Part shown: positions 53,000 to 62,661 of the stretch, piece after piece
How positions within the stretch are numbered: position 1 is the first letter of the stretch
Layout: each line of letters starts with the position of its first letter
NCBI GenBank assembly: GCA_018969385.1
Contig: JAGWYL010000002.1
Span: 289-64,288, forward strand
Length of the DNA stretch: 64,000 nt
DNA from: Patescibacteria group bacterium
GTDB lineage: Bacteria > Patescibacteriota > Minisyncoccia > Phycocordibacterales > Phycocordibacteraceae
Direction of reading: 5' to 3'
Notes under the pieces: model-generated
Told to the model about the DNA's origin: nothing
Database searches by the model: none
What the model saw: only the letters and a program-made list of their open reading frames with translations
Position numbers and translations under genes: made by a program

Positions 53000-54688
53000 A
53001 TGACGCAGGCCGACGCACTCTCCATACTGAAGACCGGCGCGAACGTATTCCTCACCGGCGAACCCGGAAGCGGGAAGACGCACACCGTGAACGCGTACAT
53101 CGCGTGGCTCCGCTCTTGCGGCATCGAACCGGCGGTGACGGCGGCAACCGGCATCGCGGCGACGCACGTGGGAGGGGCCACCATCCACTCGTGGAGTGGC
53201 ATCGGCATCAAGGAATATCTTTCGCCCGCGGATGTCGATGCCATCGCCTCGAAGGAGCATGTCGCGCGCCGCATCCGGAAGGCGAAGGTGCTCATCATCG
53301 AAGAGGTTTCCATGCTGTCCGCGGCGACCTTCGGCATGGCGGACGCGGTGTGCCGCGAGGTGCATCAGCGGGACGCGCCGTTCGGCGGCATGCAGGTGAT
53401 TCTCGTCGGGGATTTCTTCCAGCTTCCGCCCGTCTCGCGCGGGAAGGAGGTCCTGTTCTGCTACGCTTCGCCCGTATGGCGGGAACTCTCCCCGCTCGTC
53501 TGCTATCTCGAAGAACAGTACCGCCAAGAGGATGGCGCATTCCTCGGTGTGCTCTCCGCCATCCGCGCGAATGCGGTGGAGGACGAGCACTATGAGACGC
53601 TCGCCGAAAGACGCACGGATGCGGATGCGATTCCGGAAAACGTACCGAAGCTGTTCTCGCACAATGCGGACGTGGACCGGATAAACGCGGCGGAGCTCGC
53701 CAAGCTGCCGGGATTCGCCATGCGGTTCCTCATGAAAAGCGCGGGCGGCGCGTCGTCCGTCGAAGGCCTCATCCGCGGCTGCCTTTCTCCCGAGACGCTC
53801 GAACTCAAGAAGGGGGCGGCGGTCATGTTCACGAAGAACGACCCGGCGGGCCGGTTCGTGAACGGCACGCTCGGCGTCGTCGTCGATTTCGCGAAGGCGG
53901 ACAATACGCCGGTGGTGGAGACGCGGGACGGCAAGCGCGTGTACGTGGAGCCTGCGGATTGGAAATTGGAAACGGACGGGAAGGTGCGCGCGAGCATCAC
54001 GCAGCATCCGCTGCGGCTCGCATGGGCCATGACGGTGCATAAGAGCCAGGGGCAGAGCCTCGATGCGGCGGTCATCGACCTCTCCCGCGCGTTCGAGTAC
54101 GGGCAGGGATACGTCGCGCTCTCGCGCGTGCGGACGCTTTCAGGGCTGTATCTTCTCGGGCTCAATAATCGCGCGCTTTCCGTGCATCCTGAAATCATCG
54201 AGAAAGACGCGGACTTCCGCGCATCAAGCCGCGCGGCCGCGGCGGCGTTCACGGACATGCCCCGGGATGAGCTTCAGGACATGCAGAAGCGTTTCGTGAA
54301 GGCGGCGGGCGGCGCGTGGATGGACGAGGAGCAGGGAAGCGACGCGGGGAGCCGGCATGAATCCCGCGGCGGCTTTGCCGCCGCGGGATTCATGCCGGGC
54401 AGGCTCGCGGAGACGCTCGAGGCCGTCCGCGACGCCCGCACACTTTCCGAAGCGGCGGATGCGCGCGGCCTTGCCGTTTCCACCATCGTGCATCACCTTG
54501 AGGAACTCTCCGCGCTCGGCGTGCTCGCGAAAAAGGATTACGAACACCTGCTTCCGGAAGACGAAGCGCTCGAAGAGATTCGCGCAGCGCTTGCGGAATC
54601 GGAGGACGAAAAGCTCGCACCGGTCTTCCGCGCCCTCGGCGGCCGCCACTCGTTCGAGGTCATCCGCCTCGCGCGTCTCGCGAAGTAG
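53000..54688 (+). CDS. Pif1/RecD-family 5'-3' DNA helicase
   Basis: Walker A LTGEPGSGKT, Walker B LIIEEVSM, motif VI AMTVHKSQGQSLD. A perfect TATAAT lies 8 nt upstream of the ATG at 53000, giving a leaderless-like start. Confidence 0.85.
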   Translation: MTQADALSILKTGANVFLTGEPGSGKTHTVNAYIAWLRSCGIEPAVTAATGIAATHVGGATIHSWSGIGIKEYLSPADVDAIASKEHVARRIRKAKVLIIEEVSMLSAATFGMADAVCREVHQRDAPFGGMQVILVGDFFQLPPVSRGKEVLFCYASPVWRELSPLVCYLEEQYRQEDGAFLGVLSAIRANAVEDEHYETLAERRTDADAIPENVPKLFSHNADVDRINAAELAKLPGFAMRFLMKSAGGASSVEGLIRGCLSPETLELKKGAAVMFTKNDPAGRFVNGTLGVVVDFAKADNTPVVETRDGKRVYVEPADWKLETDGKVRASITQHPLRLAWAMTVHKSQGQSLDAAVIDLSRAFEYGQGYVALSRVRTLSGLYLLGLNNRALSVHPEIIEKDADFRASSRAAAAAFTDMPRDELQDMQKRFVKAAGGAWMDEEQGSDAGSRHESRGGFAAAGFMPGRLAETLEAVRDARTLSEAADARGLAVSTIVHHLEELSALGVLAKKDYEHLLPEDEALEEIRAALAESEDEKLAPVFRALGGRHSFEVIRLARLAK

Positions 54689-54754
54689 GAAAAAGAAATC
54701 GGCGTCGGATGTGTTCATCCGGCGCCGATTGATTGCGCGTTCGCTGGCGGCAGC

Positions 54755-55093
54755 TCACGCGGCCAGCAGGAGTCGCTTGAAAAGGTAGATGATTCCGCGG
54801 ATCAGGAGCGCTGTGAGGCACCCCAGCCCGAACGTGAAAGAAACGGCCAGCGCGACGACGAGAACGCGGGCCATTCCGTTCACCGCTACCAGATACCACG
54901 CATAGTCAGGCGCGTGATAGCCGACGGTGCACGTAGCTGCAAAGAGCAGCACTTCCGTGAACCGAAGGTTGTCCTCGCTCCATCTCGGCTTAACCCCGAA
55001 GTGCCCGTGATGATACAAGGAGACAAGCGTGGTGGCGATAAGCAGGGTCACGGAGACCCACTCTATTGGCGTGTGCATAAAGAACTCCTCCAT
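54755..55093 (-). CDS. small hypothetical membrane protein (3 TM)
   Basis: Hydrophobic 112-aa ORF preceded by a strong sigma70-like promoter; alternative start MHTPIEW at 55078. Confidence 0.5.
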   Translation of the reverse strand: MEEFFMHTPIEWVSVTLLIATTLVSLYHHGHFGVKPRWSEDNLRFTEVLLFAATCTVGYHAPDYAWYLVAVNGMARVLVVALAVSFTFGLGCLTALLIRGIIYLFKRLLLAA

Positions 55094-55108
55094 TTCGCAC
55101 GTAGACGC

Positions 55109-55137
55109 ATCATACTACATATGACATGGTATGTCAA
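55109..55137 (-). promoter_or_regulatory. sigma70-like promoter (TTGACA-17-TATGAT) with overlapping TGACAT-N3-ATGTCA palindromic operator
   Basis: Minus strand reads TTGACAtaccatgtcatatgtagTATGAT, 15 nt before the ATG at 55093; the palindrome tgacatggtatgtca overlaps the -35 and spacer. Confidence 0.55.
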
Positions 55138-55282
55138 TACCCGTGTCGGATACGCGCGCTCTAGGAAAAACCGTATATACGCGGCCTTTTGGACTGCGGA
55201 ACGAGAAAATAAAAAGCCGCCCTATTATGAAGCCGGGGCGGCGCGGCTGTTGGAACGGACTTCCCAAGTACGACACACTTAT

Positions 55283-55307
55283 ACGTAGGACATAGTATGT
55301 CCTACGT
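55283..55307. repeat. 25-bp palindrome with TAGGACAT-N3-ATGTCCTA core, 24 nt 3' of the P-type ATPase stop
   Basis: acgtaggacat-agt-atgtcctacgt; shares its core with 7196 and 14730. Confidence 0.6.
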
Positions 55308-55330
55308 AACATGCTGGGTGTGCCGCCGCG

Positions 55331-57730
55331 CTACGCGGAAGCGTGCGCGAGCGGCGGCGCGTTCGGCTTCACGCCCGGTTTCGGGCTCATCATCTTGAAT
55401 ATCTCGGCTATCTGCATCCAGAAGAAGGACCAGACCCAGACGAACGCGATAAGCCACAAGGGAAGCGGCGCGGTGAAGATGCCGAAGAAGGCCCACGCGG
55501 TGGCGAGCAGCTGCGTGAAGGTGACGGCGCTCACGACCGGAAGGCTCGGGAGGAAGCGGAACCAGCGGGAGGACGTGTGCGCGACGTACACGAGCAGGTG
55601 TCCCGAAACGACGAGCTTCAGGAAGAAGAGCGTCTGGATTTCCGCCCACGGAAGGCGCAGGTATCCGTACGCGAACATGAGCATGAAGATGCTGTTCGCG
55701 ATTCCCGAGAGTCCGTAGAGTATGGAAAGCTTCGCGCGGCGGCGGCCGTCGATGCTCGAAGGCGCATGCGGAACGTGCACGCGGTCGAACGCGATGGAGA
55801 TGATAGGGACGTCGTTCAGGAAGGCGAGCAGGAGCACCTGGATAGGCGTGAGCGGATAGTTCCCGATGGAGACGCCGATGATGGCGATGGTGAGGATGAG
55901 CCGGAAGCTTTCCGACATGCGGTAGACGGAGTAGTGGTAGAGGCGGACGAAGACCTTGCGCGCTTCCGTGATGGCGGTGGCGATGACCGAGAGCCCGTTC
56001 GAGAGGAGGACGATGTCCGCGGTCTCCCGCAAGGCGTCGACCGAACCCGCGACCGCGATGCCGACGTCCGCGTCCGCGACGGACGGCACGTCATTCACGC
56101 CGTCGCCGGTGACGGCGACGCGCGATACCTTCTTCGCCGCTTCGACCGCGGCATACTTATCTTTCGGCAGCACTTCCGCGAAGGCGGCCGTGTGCGGGAG
56201 CGCGGCCGCAAGCTTCGCCGGGTCGTCGAAGATGTCGCGCGTGTACACGTCGCCGACGAGCCCGAGCTCGTCGGACACCTCGTGCGCGATGGCGTCATCG
56301 TCGCCCGTGAGCATCGTCACCTTGATGCCTTCCTCGCGCATCGTCTCTACGGTCGCCTTCGCGTCTTCCCGCAGCGTGTCCGCGAGGAACAATAGGCCGA
56401 CGGGCTCGAGACCCTCCTCCTTTTCCGAACCTTTGCGGACGGATACGGCAAGCGTGCGGTCGCCGCGCTTCGCCGCGCCGAGGACGGCGTCCGTGAACGC
56501 CGTGCGCTCCCCGGCGGAGAATTCGGAGCGGCTCTCGAGCACGGACGGGGAACCGAGCACGACCATCCAGGACTCGCCATCCCTCGTCACCGTCGCGGTC
56601 GCGCGCTTGCGTTCCGAGTCGCCCGGGATGAACGCTGACTGCGGATACATGGGCGCGCCCGCATCCTTCGCCGCATCGCGCACGGCCTCCTCAAGCGGAT
56701 TATTGTCCGCGGGGTCCGTGGCGGACGCGCCGAACGAGAGGAGGTCGGCCTTCGCGTACGCGCCGAAGAGCTGCACCTCCGCGACCCGTATGTGATTTTC
56801 CGTGAGCGTGCCGGTCTTGTCGGAAAGGAGCAGGTTCACGTTCGCGAGGTCCTCAAGCGAAGAGAGACGCCGCACCACGGCTCCGCTTCTCGCGAGGACC
56901 AGCACGCCGGCGCTGATGATGAGGCTCATGACGGTGGGAAGCGCCACCGGGATGCCCGCGATGAGGAGCGATATGTCGAGCGTGGCGATGTCCGCATATG
57001 AGTTCGAGTGGAGCAGGAGCGCGCCCGTGAGGACGACCATCGCGCCGATGGCGAAGAAGGACAGGTAGCGGGAGATGGCGAGGATGTCATGCTCGAGCGC
57101 GGAACGCTTGCGCGCCATCTCCACGGTCTTCACCGTGGTGCCGAAGTACGTCCGCGCGCCCGTTGCGGTGACGAGCGCGTTCGCGGACCCCGTCACCACG
57201 AACGAGCCGGAGTAGAGGATGTCGTCCTTCGCCTTCTCTTTCGGGAGCGATTCTCCCGTGAGCATGGACTCGTTAATCGAGAGGTTCGAGCCCGAAAGCA
57301 CCTTCGCGTCCGCGGGGACGATGGAGCCGACGCGAAGCGCGATGAGGTCGTCGGGAACGAGTTCCGCCGCCGGTACGGTCTTCCACGCGCCGCCGCGCAG
57401 CACGTTCGCGGAAACGGCAAGGTGCTCTTCGAGCTTCGCGACCGCCTGGTCGGCCTTATGCTCGTGCCAGAGCTGCACGCCGTAGTTAGCGAGCAGGAGG
57501 AAGAGGATTATCCAGCCGTCCGGAATCTTGCCGCTCGCGAACGAGAGCGCCGCCGCCGCGACGAGCATGAGCGGGATAGGGGAGAAGAACCACTTGATGA
57601 ACTTCTCGATGCCGCTCTTCTTCTTCGCAGCGATGGCATTTTCTCCCACGCGCGCGCGGACGCGCGCGGCTTCCTCGTCGGTGAGACCGGCGAGTACGCG
57701 AGGCGCGTCCGCTAGAGGGGCATCGCTCAT
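55331..57730 (-). CDS. cation-transporting P-type ATPase (P2/P3-like; no heavy-metal CPC motif)
   Basis: Phosphorylation site LLSDKTGTLTEN, hinge TGDGVNDVPSVADADVGIAV, ~10 TM helices. Confidence 0.9.
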   Translation of the reverse strand: MSDAPLADAPRVLAGLTDEEAARVRARVGENAIAAKKKSGIEKFIKWFFSPIPLMLVAAAALSFASGKIPDGWIILFLLLANYGVQLWHEHKADQAVAKLEEHLAVSANVLRGGAWKTVPAAELVPDDLIALRVGSIVPADAKVLSGSNLSINESMLTGESLPKEKAKDDILYSGSFVVTGSANALVTATGARTYFGTTVKTVEMARKRSALEHDILAISRYLSFFAIGAMVVLTGALLLHSNSYADIATLDISLLIAGIPVALPTVMSLIISAGVLVLARSGAVVRRLSSLEDLANVNLLLSDKTGTLTENHIRVAEVQLFGAYAKADLLSFGASATDPADNNPLEEAVRDAAKDAGAPMYPQSAFIPGDSERKRATATVTRDGESWMVVLGSPSVLESRSEFSAGERTAFTDAVLGAAKRGDRTLAVSVRKGSEKEEGLEPVGLLFLADTLREDAKATVETMREEGIKVTMLTGDDDAIAHEVSDELGLVGDVYTRDIFDDPAKLAAALPHTAAFAEVLPKDKYAAVEAAKKVSRVAVTGDGVNDVPSVADADVGIAVAGSVDALRETADIVLLSNGLSVIATAITEARKVFVRLYHYSVYRMSESFRLILTIAIIGVSIGNYPLTPIQVLLLAFLNDVPIISIAFDRVHVPHAPSSIDGRRRAKLSILYGLSGIANSIFMLMFAYGYLRLPWAEIQTLFFLKLVVSGHLLVYVAHTSSRWFRFLPSLPVVSAVTFTQLLATAWAFFGIFTAPLPLWLIAFVWVWSFFWMQIAEIFKMMSPKPGVKPNAPPLAHASA

Positions 57731-57822
57731 ATGCTCATACTAACAGCCATCCCGCATCATGCGGGAGGGGATACGCGTTTGCGGCGAGGCTTCTCCGGTA
57801 TCGCGAATCGAACCGAGCACGT

Positions 57823-58311
57823 TCAGCGTTTCGTCTTAAGCGCGAAGTGGAAGCTGGTATAGGAGAGGTAGCCGGTGATGATGACGCCGATCCAGGACAG
57901 CCACATCGGCACCTCGAACGTCCCGAGCGCGACGTCCACGTTGAACGCGAGGCGCATCAGGTGGACGATGGCGACCGCGGCGAAGACGATGCCCGCGATA
58001 TAGAGGAGGTTGCGCTCGCTCGGCGACTCGAGCGGAAGCTTCATGCTCCAGCCGTAATGGACGAGGAGGATGAGGAGCGCGCCGTCAAGCACGATGATGG
58101 GCAGGATGGCATCCGCGGTCCACGTGACGCCGAGGATGGTGAGCGGGAAGAAACCCGCTGCGCCGAGCCAGAGCGCGCTGATGAGGTCCGCGGCGACGAG
58201 GCCGGACGCGAACTTCGCGATTTCCCGAAGGGTACGATGATTCATAGGACGAACGTAATGGTTACGGAAGGATAACGTCCTCATTATGGCGCGCAACGCG
58301 CGCCTGTACAC
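57823..58311 (-). CDS. hypothetical integral membrane protein (4 TM)
   Basis: Hydrophobic profile; probable start at the internal ATG (MNHRTLREIAKF) at ~58245. Confidence 0.5.
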   Translation of the reverse strand: MYRRALRAIMRTLSFRNHYVRPMNHRTLREIAKFASGLVAADLISALWLGAAGFFPLTILGVTWTADAILPIIVLDGALLILLVHYGWSMKLPLESPSERNLLYIAGIVFAAVAIVHLMRLAFNVDVALGTFEVPMWLSWIGVIITGYLSYTSFHFALKTKR

Positions 58312-58339
58312 GGGATATGCACAGGGGTGCGGCCGCGGG

Positions 58340-58368
58340 TTGACAGGCGCAGCCGCATCCGTTAATAT
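58340..58368 (+). promoter_or_regulatory. sigma70-like promoter for the HlyD-HlyD-MFS-MarR efflux operon
   Basis: -35 TTGACA, 17-bp spacer ggcgcagccgcatccgt, -10 TAATAT, ~30 nt upstream of the ATG at 58398. Confidence 0.5.
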
Positions 58369-58381
58369 TTAGGTAACCTAA
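58369..58381. promoter_or_regulatory. 13-bp palindrome TTAGGT-A-ACCTAA abutting the -10, candidate MarR operator
   Basis: Perfect 6-bp arms; lies between the -10 and the start codon of an operon whose last gene encodes a MarR regulator. Confidence 0.4.
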
Positions 58382-58397
58382 CTAATAGACGTCTTGC

Positions 58398-59933
58398 ATG
58401 CCGAAACGACTTATCGCATCCCTAGCCGCGCATCCCGTGACCTCGGTGGTCTCGGTGGCCGCCGTCGCGCTCGCCATCACCGGCGGCATCGCGCTCCATA
58501 CGCTCGTCCGGCCGACCGTCACGGCGGTTCGCGTCGCTCTCGGGCCGCTCACGGAAGTCGTGAGCGCTGACGGGGTCGTGCGCGCCTCGGAGGCGGCCGA
58601 CCTTTCGCTCCAGACGAGCGGCCGCGTGACGGCAATACCGGCGAGCGTCGGCGAGCACGTGTACGCGGGACAGACGCTCCTCCTTACGGATGACGCGAGC
58701 GCCGCAGCGGCGCTCGCGTCCGCGAAGGCCGCGCTCGCCGTCCAGGAGGCGAAGCTCGCTTCCCTTGAGACCGGCACCCGTCCCGAACAGCTCGCGCTCG
58801 ACCGGACGGCGGTGACCGACGACCAAGCCGCGCTTCGCGACGCGATCCGGAGCGCCTATGTCTATGCGGACGACGCCGTGCACGTGCGCGCCGACGCGCT
58901 CTTCACGAACCCGCGCACGAACGCGCCGACGCTCGCGTTCACGGTTTCCGACTCCGTACTCGCGAATACGATACAGACCGACCGCGTCACGATCGAGTCG
59001 ACGCTCGCGAAGCTCGCGGCGCTCGTGAACGCGCCTTCGTTCGCGACGGACGATCCGCGCAGTACGGCTTTTGCCGCGAGCGCCTCGCTTTCGTCCGTAG
59101 TCTCGTTCCTCGACGAGCTCGCGAAGGCGCTCACGGCGGCGCCGACCGGCGCGACGCTTTCGTCCGCCGCTCTCGCGGCGGACCAGGCGAGCATAAACAC
59201 GGGACGGCTGAACGTCTCCGCCGCGCTCACCGCGCTCACGTCCGCCACGACCGCACTCTCCAATGCCGAAGGAACCCTCACGCTCGCGTCTTCCGGCGCG
59301 ACGGCCGAAGACCTCGCCGCGCAGAAGGCGCAGGTGGATGTCGCCGCCGCCGCGGTGGACAGCGCCCAAGCGGAGCTCGACAAGACCGCGCTTGCGGCGC
59401 CGTTTGCCGGCACCGTCTCGCGGCAGGATGCCCAGGTCGGGGACACGCTTTCGCCCGGACAATCCGTCATCTCCGTCGTTTCGGACGCGCACTACCGCAT
59501 GGACGCCTACGTGTCCGAAGCGGACATCGGCAAGATCGCCGTCGGCGACGCGGCAAGCGTCACGCTTGCCGCGTATCCGGACTCCGCGCCTCTTCCGGCG
59601 ACGGTGTCTGCGGTCGCTCCGGCCGCGGAGCAGGTGGGAGGCATCCTCGCCTACAAGGTCACGGCCGTCCTCACGGATAACGACCCGCGCGTGAAAGCCG
59701 GGCTCTCCGGTTCGCTTTCGGTGACGACGAAGCATCTCGATTCGGTCCTCCAGGTTCCGGCAAGCGCGGTCATCCGCAACGGCACGGACCATTTCGTCAT
59801 GCGCGTTCTCGCGAACGGCTCCGCCCTCCAGGTTCCGGTCACCGTGGGAGCCACGGGGTCGAACGGGAACACGGCAATCCTCTCCGGGCTTTCCGAGAAC
59901 GATTCGGTAGAAACTTTCGGCAGCGCCAAATGA
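58398..59933 (+). CDS. HlyD-family periplasmic adaptor / membrane fusion protein (long form)
   Basis: N-terminal anchor, lipoyl-like hairpins (VYAGQTLLLTDD, VGDTLSPGQSVISVV), extended Ala-rich coiled coil. Confidence 0.8.
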   Translation: MPKRLIASLAAHPVTSVVSVAAVALAITGGIALHTLVRPTVTAVRVALGPLTEVVSADGVVRASEAADLSLQTSGRVTAIPASVGEHVYAGQTLLLTDDASAAAALASAKAALAVQEAKLASLETGTRPEQLALDRTAVTDDQAALRDAIRSAYVYADDAVHVRADALFTNPRTNAPTLAFTVSDSVLANTIQTDRVTIESTLAKLAALVNAPSFATDDPRSTAFAASASLSSVVSFLDELAKALTAAPTGATLSSAALAADQASINTGRLNVSAALTALTSATTALSNAEGTLTLASSGATAEDLAAQKAQVDVAAAAVDSAQAELDKTALAAPFAGTVSRQDAQVGDTLSPGQSVISVVSDAHYRMDAYVSEADIGKIAVGDAASVTLAAYPDSAPLPATVSAVAPAAEQVGGILAYKVTAVLTDNDPRVKAGLSGSLSVTTKHLDSVLQVPASAVIRNGTDHFVMRVLANGSALQVPVTVGATGSNGNTAILSGLSENDSVETFGSAK

Positions 59934-60619
59934 CCGCACCTATGACTACACCTATGACCGCACCCGCTACCATGCAATCACAAGACGCTCGTCCCGGCAT
60001 ACCGCGCACGTTCTTCATCGCGGGCGGCCTCATCGTGCTCATCATCCTCGCCGCAGGCGTCGCTTCGTATCTCCTCATCACCGGAGGACAGGTGTATACG
60101 GACAAGGCGCAGATAACCGCGCCTCTCATCAACCTCGCGCCCGCGACGGGCGGCACGCTGAATCGCGTGTACGTGAACCCGGGGGATAGCGTGCCTGCGG
60201 GCGCGCCCGTGGCGCTCGTGGGGAACGAGCTCGTGAAGACGCAGATTGCCGGAACCGTCGCCTCGACGGAAACGAACATCGGCGAGCTCGTGAATCCCGG
60301 ACAGGCCGTCGTCACCATGCTCGATCCCGCCGCGCTGCGCCTCGTCGCGCAGGTCGATGAGAACAAGGGACTGTCGTCCCTGCGGGTCGGCGACCGCGCC
60401 ACGTTCACGGTCGATGCGTTCGGCGGCGAGACCTTCACGGGCGTCGTCGACGAGGTGAGTCCCACTTCGCACGCTTCGGGCGTCGTCTTCAATATCAGCG
60501 GAGAGCGGCAGACGCAGACCTTCGACGTGAAGATACGCTACGACGTCACCGCGCATCCGGAACTCAAGAACGGCATGAGCGCGCGGCTGACCGTGTACAC
60601 GGGGAATAGTCAGCAGTAA
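59930..60619 (+). CDS. HlyD/EmrA-family membrane fusion protein (short form)
   Basis: ATGA overlap with the upstream stop; TM anchor then YTDKAQITAPLINLAPATGGTLNRVYVNPGDSV and a beta-barrel C-terminus. Confidence 0.75.
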   Translation: MTAPMTTPMTAPATMQSQDARPGIPRTFFIAGGLIVLIILAAGVASYLLITGGQVYTDKAQITAPLINLAPATGGTLNRVYVNPGDSVPAGAPVALVGNELVKTQIAGTVASTETNIGELVNPGQAVVTMLDPAALRLVAQVDENKGLSSLRVGDRATFTVDAFGGETFTGVVDEVSPTSHASGVVFNISGERQTQTFDVKIRYDVTAHPELKNGMSARLTVYTGNSQQ

Positions 60620-60656
60620 GCGGTAGGCAGTCAGCGGAAGCGCGAAGACTTCACCC

Positions 60657-62165
60657 ATGCGTGAGAACGGAGAAAGCAGACTCGGGAAGCCCTGGCTCGT
60701 CCTCGTGACGGTCATGGTGGGGACGCTCCTCATCGGCCTCGACCGGACGGTCGTGAACCTTGCCGTCCCGAGCGTCATCAGCGACTTCGGCATCACCGTC
60801 ACCACGGCCGCGTGGATAGCGACCTCCTACATCATCACGAACGCGGTGTTCGTGCCGGTGTTCGGGAAGCTCGGCGACCTCTACGGCAATCGCATCATCT
60901 ACGTGTGGAGCTTCATCGGCTTCATCGTCATGTCGGTCCTGACCGGACTCTCCTGGAATTTCCCGTCGCTCATCTTCTTCCGCGCGGCGCAGGGGCTCGT
61001 GGGCGCGGCCATCTATCCGACCGCCATGTCGCTCATCGCGAAATCGTTCACGAAGCCCAAGGACCGCGCGCAGGCGCTCGGCATCTGGTCGTCCTCTTTC
61101 GCGGTTTCCGCCATCATCGGCCCCTTGCTCGGAGGCTTCCTCATCGACAATTTCTCCTGGCGGATGATTTTCTATATCAACCTGCCCATCGGCATCGCGG
61201 GACTCATCATGACGCTCATCTTCCTGCCGCATGACCGCCCGGAAGAGCGCGGCTCGTTCGACTGGTTCGGTTCCGTCCTCTTGGCGGGCGCCATCACGAG
61301 CATGGTGCTCGTCCTCGACCAGGGTCAGACGTGGGGCTGGACGTCCGCGGCGTCGCTCGCGTGCTACGCGGGCGCGGTGGTCTTCGGCTGGCTGACCTAC
61401 GTATGGGAGACGCGGCATACGCATCCCATCATCGACTTCAAGCTCTTCAAGAATCCCACCATCGTCTCGGTGCTCATCGTCTCGTTCATCTCCTTCGGCG
61501 GCATGATGGGCGCGATGTTCCTCCTGCCGGTCTTCACGCAGACGTTCCTCGGGTACGACGCTATCCAGACGGGGCTCCTGTTCGTGCCGATGGGCCTCGC
61601 GCTCCCGTTGTTCGCGCCTCTCGGCGCGCGGCTCGCGCTTCGGTTCCATCCGCGCTACACGGTGTCGTTCGGCATGGCGGTCGCGGCGTTCTCGTTCTTC
61701 ATGCTGCGCACGCTCGACCCCGGCATGGCCTACGGCGACTTCATCATCCCGCTCGCCTTGTTCGGCGCCGGCCTCGGCCTCGGCATGGCGCCCTTGACCA
61801 CTGCCGCGACGACCGCGGTTCCGCTCCACGAGGTGGGCATGTCTTCCGGCCTCTTGAACCTCACGCGCAACATCGGCGGCGCGTTCGGCATCGCGCTCTT
61901 CGGCACCGTACTCGCGAACGCCACGAACGCGAACGTGCTCCAGGTGGCGCAGCAGTCCGTCATACGCGGCACGGGCGCCACGGCGCACGCGATAGGCACG
62001 AGCCTCATCATCCTCAAGGCCGACCTTCTCGCATACGGCACGGTGTTCGTCTGGGCTGCGGGAGCCATGCTCGCGGGCGGCATCGCGGCGCTGCTTCTGT
62101 TGCGGGCAAGCGGCGAAGAGATGGAAATCCCGCCCGAGGTGCGCGCGGAAGCGATGGCCGGCTGA
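60657..62165 (+). CDS. MFS drug:H+ antiporter, 14-TM EmrB/QacA family
   Basis: Motif A-like GKLGDLYGNR; 14 predicted TM helices. Confidence 0.9.
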   Translation: MRENGESRLGKPWLVLVTVMVGTLLIGLDRTVVNLAVPSVISDFGITVTTAAWIATSYIITNAVFVPVFGKLGDLYGNRIIYVWSFIGFIVMSVLTGLSWNFPSLIFFRAAQGLVGAAIYPTAMSLIAKSFTKPKDRAQALGIWSSSFAVSAIIGPLLGGFLIDNFSWRMIFYINLPIGIAGLIMTLIFLPHDRPEERGSFDWFGSVLLAGAITSMVLVLDQGQTWGWTSAASLACYAGAVVFGWLTYVWETRHTHPIIDFKLFKNPTIVSVLIVSFISFGGMMGAMFLLPVFTQTFLGYDAIQTGLLFVPMGLALPLFAPLGARLALRFHPRYTVSFGMAVAAFSFFMLRTLDPGMAYGDFIIPLALFGAGLGLGMAPLTTAATTAVPLHEVGMSSGLLNLTRNIGGAFGIALFGTVLANATNANVLQVAQQSVIRGTGATAHAIGTSLIILKADLLAYGTVFVWAAGAMLAGGIAALLLLRASGEEMEIPPEVRAEAMAG

Positions 62166-62653
62166 TGGCAAGACCTATGGCACGACGCGAACGCACCAAG
62201 CTCCTCGAAGAACTCCGGCCCATGCTGTTCGGCATGCGCCGCCTGATGCGTTCGCGCCTTTCGCCGGGACCTTCCCAGCATGACCCGCACGTGTGGCTGC
62301 GGCTCGAGGTGCTCTTCTATATCGCGAAGATGAACGCTCCGACGATGCACGACATCGCGCGGCAGTTCGAGATTACGCCGCCGTCCGCGACGACGCTCAT
62401 CCGGCATCTTCTCAAAGAGGGGCTCGTGGAGCGCACGCGCGGCAAGAGTGACAAGCGTGTCGTGCGGATAACGGTGACCGGCAAGGGCGCTACGACGCTT
62501 GCTGCGAAGGCGCGCCTGGCCGCGCTCGTCATCCGCAACGTCACGCGCGACCTTTCCGAGGCGGAAATCGCGAGCCTCACCCGGCTGCTCCGGAAGGTGC
62601 ACGCGGCGAACGAGACATTCGCGAAGCCGCACAAACCCTGCCGCGAGGCGTAG
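62165..62653 (+). CDS. MarR-family transcriptional regulator
   Basis: Winged-helix region MHDIARQFEITPPSATTLIRHLLKEGLVERTRGKSDKRVVRITVTGKG; start overlaps the MFS stop (TGATG). Confidence 0.85.
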   Translation: MARPMARRERTKLLEELRPMLFGMRRLMRSRLSPGPSQHDPHVWLRLEVLFYIAKMNAPTMHDIARQFEITPPSATTLIRHLLKEGLVERTRGKSDKRVVRITVTGKGATTLAAKARLAALVIRNVTRDLSEAEIASLTRLLRKVHAANETFAKPHKPCREA

Positions 62654-62661
62654 TACTCCAT

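Noticed and set aside
52958-54040. 360-aa minus-strand ORF overlapping the Pif1 helicase
   Set aside because: Antisense to a helicase with Walker A/B and motif VI; Arg-rich junk composition.
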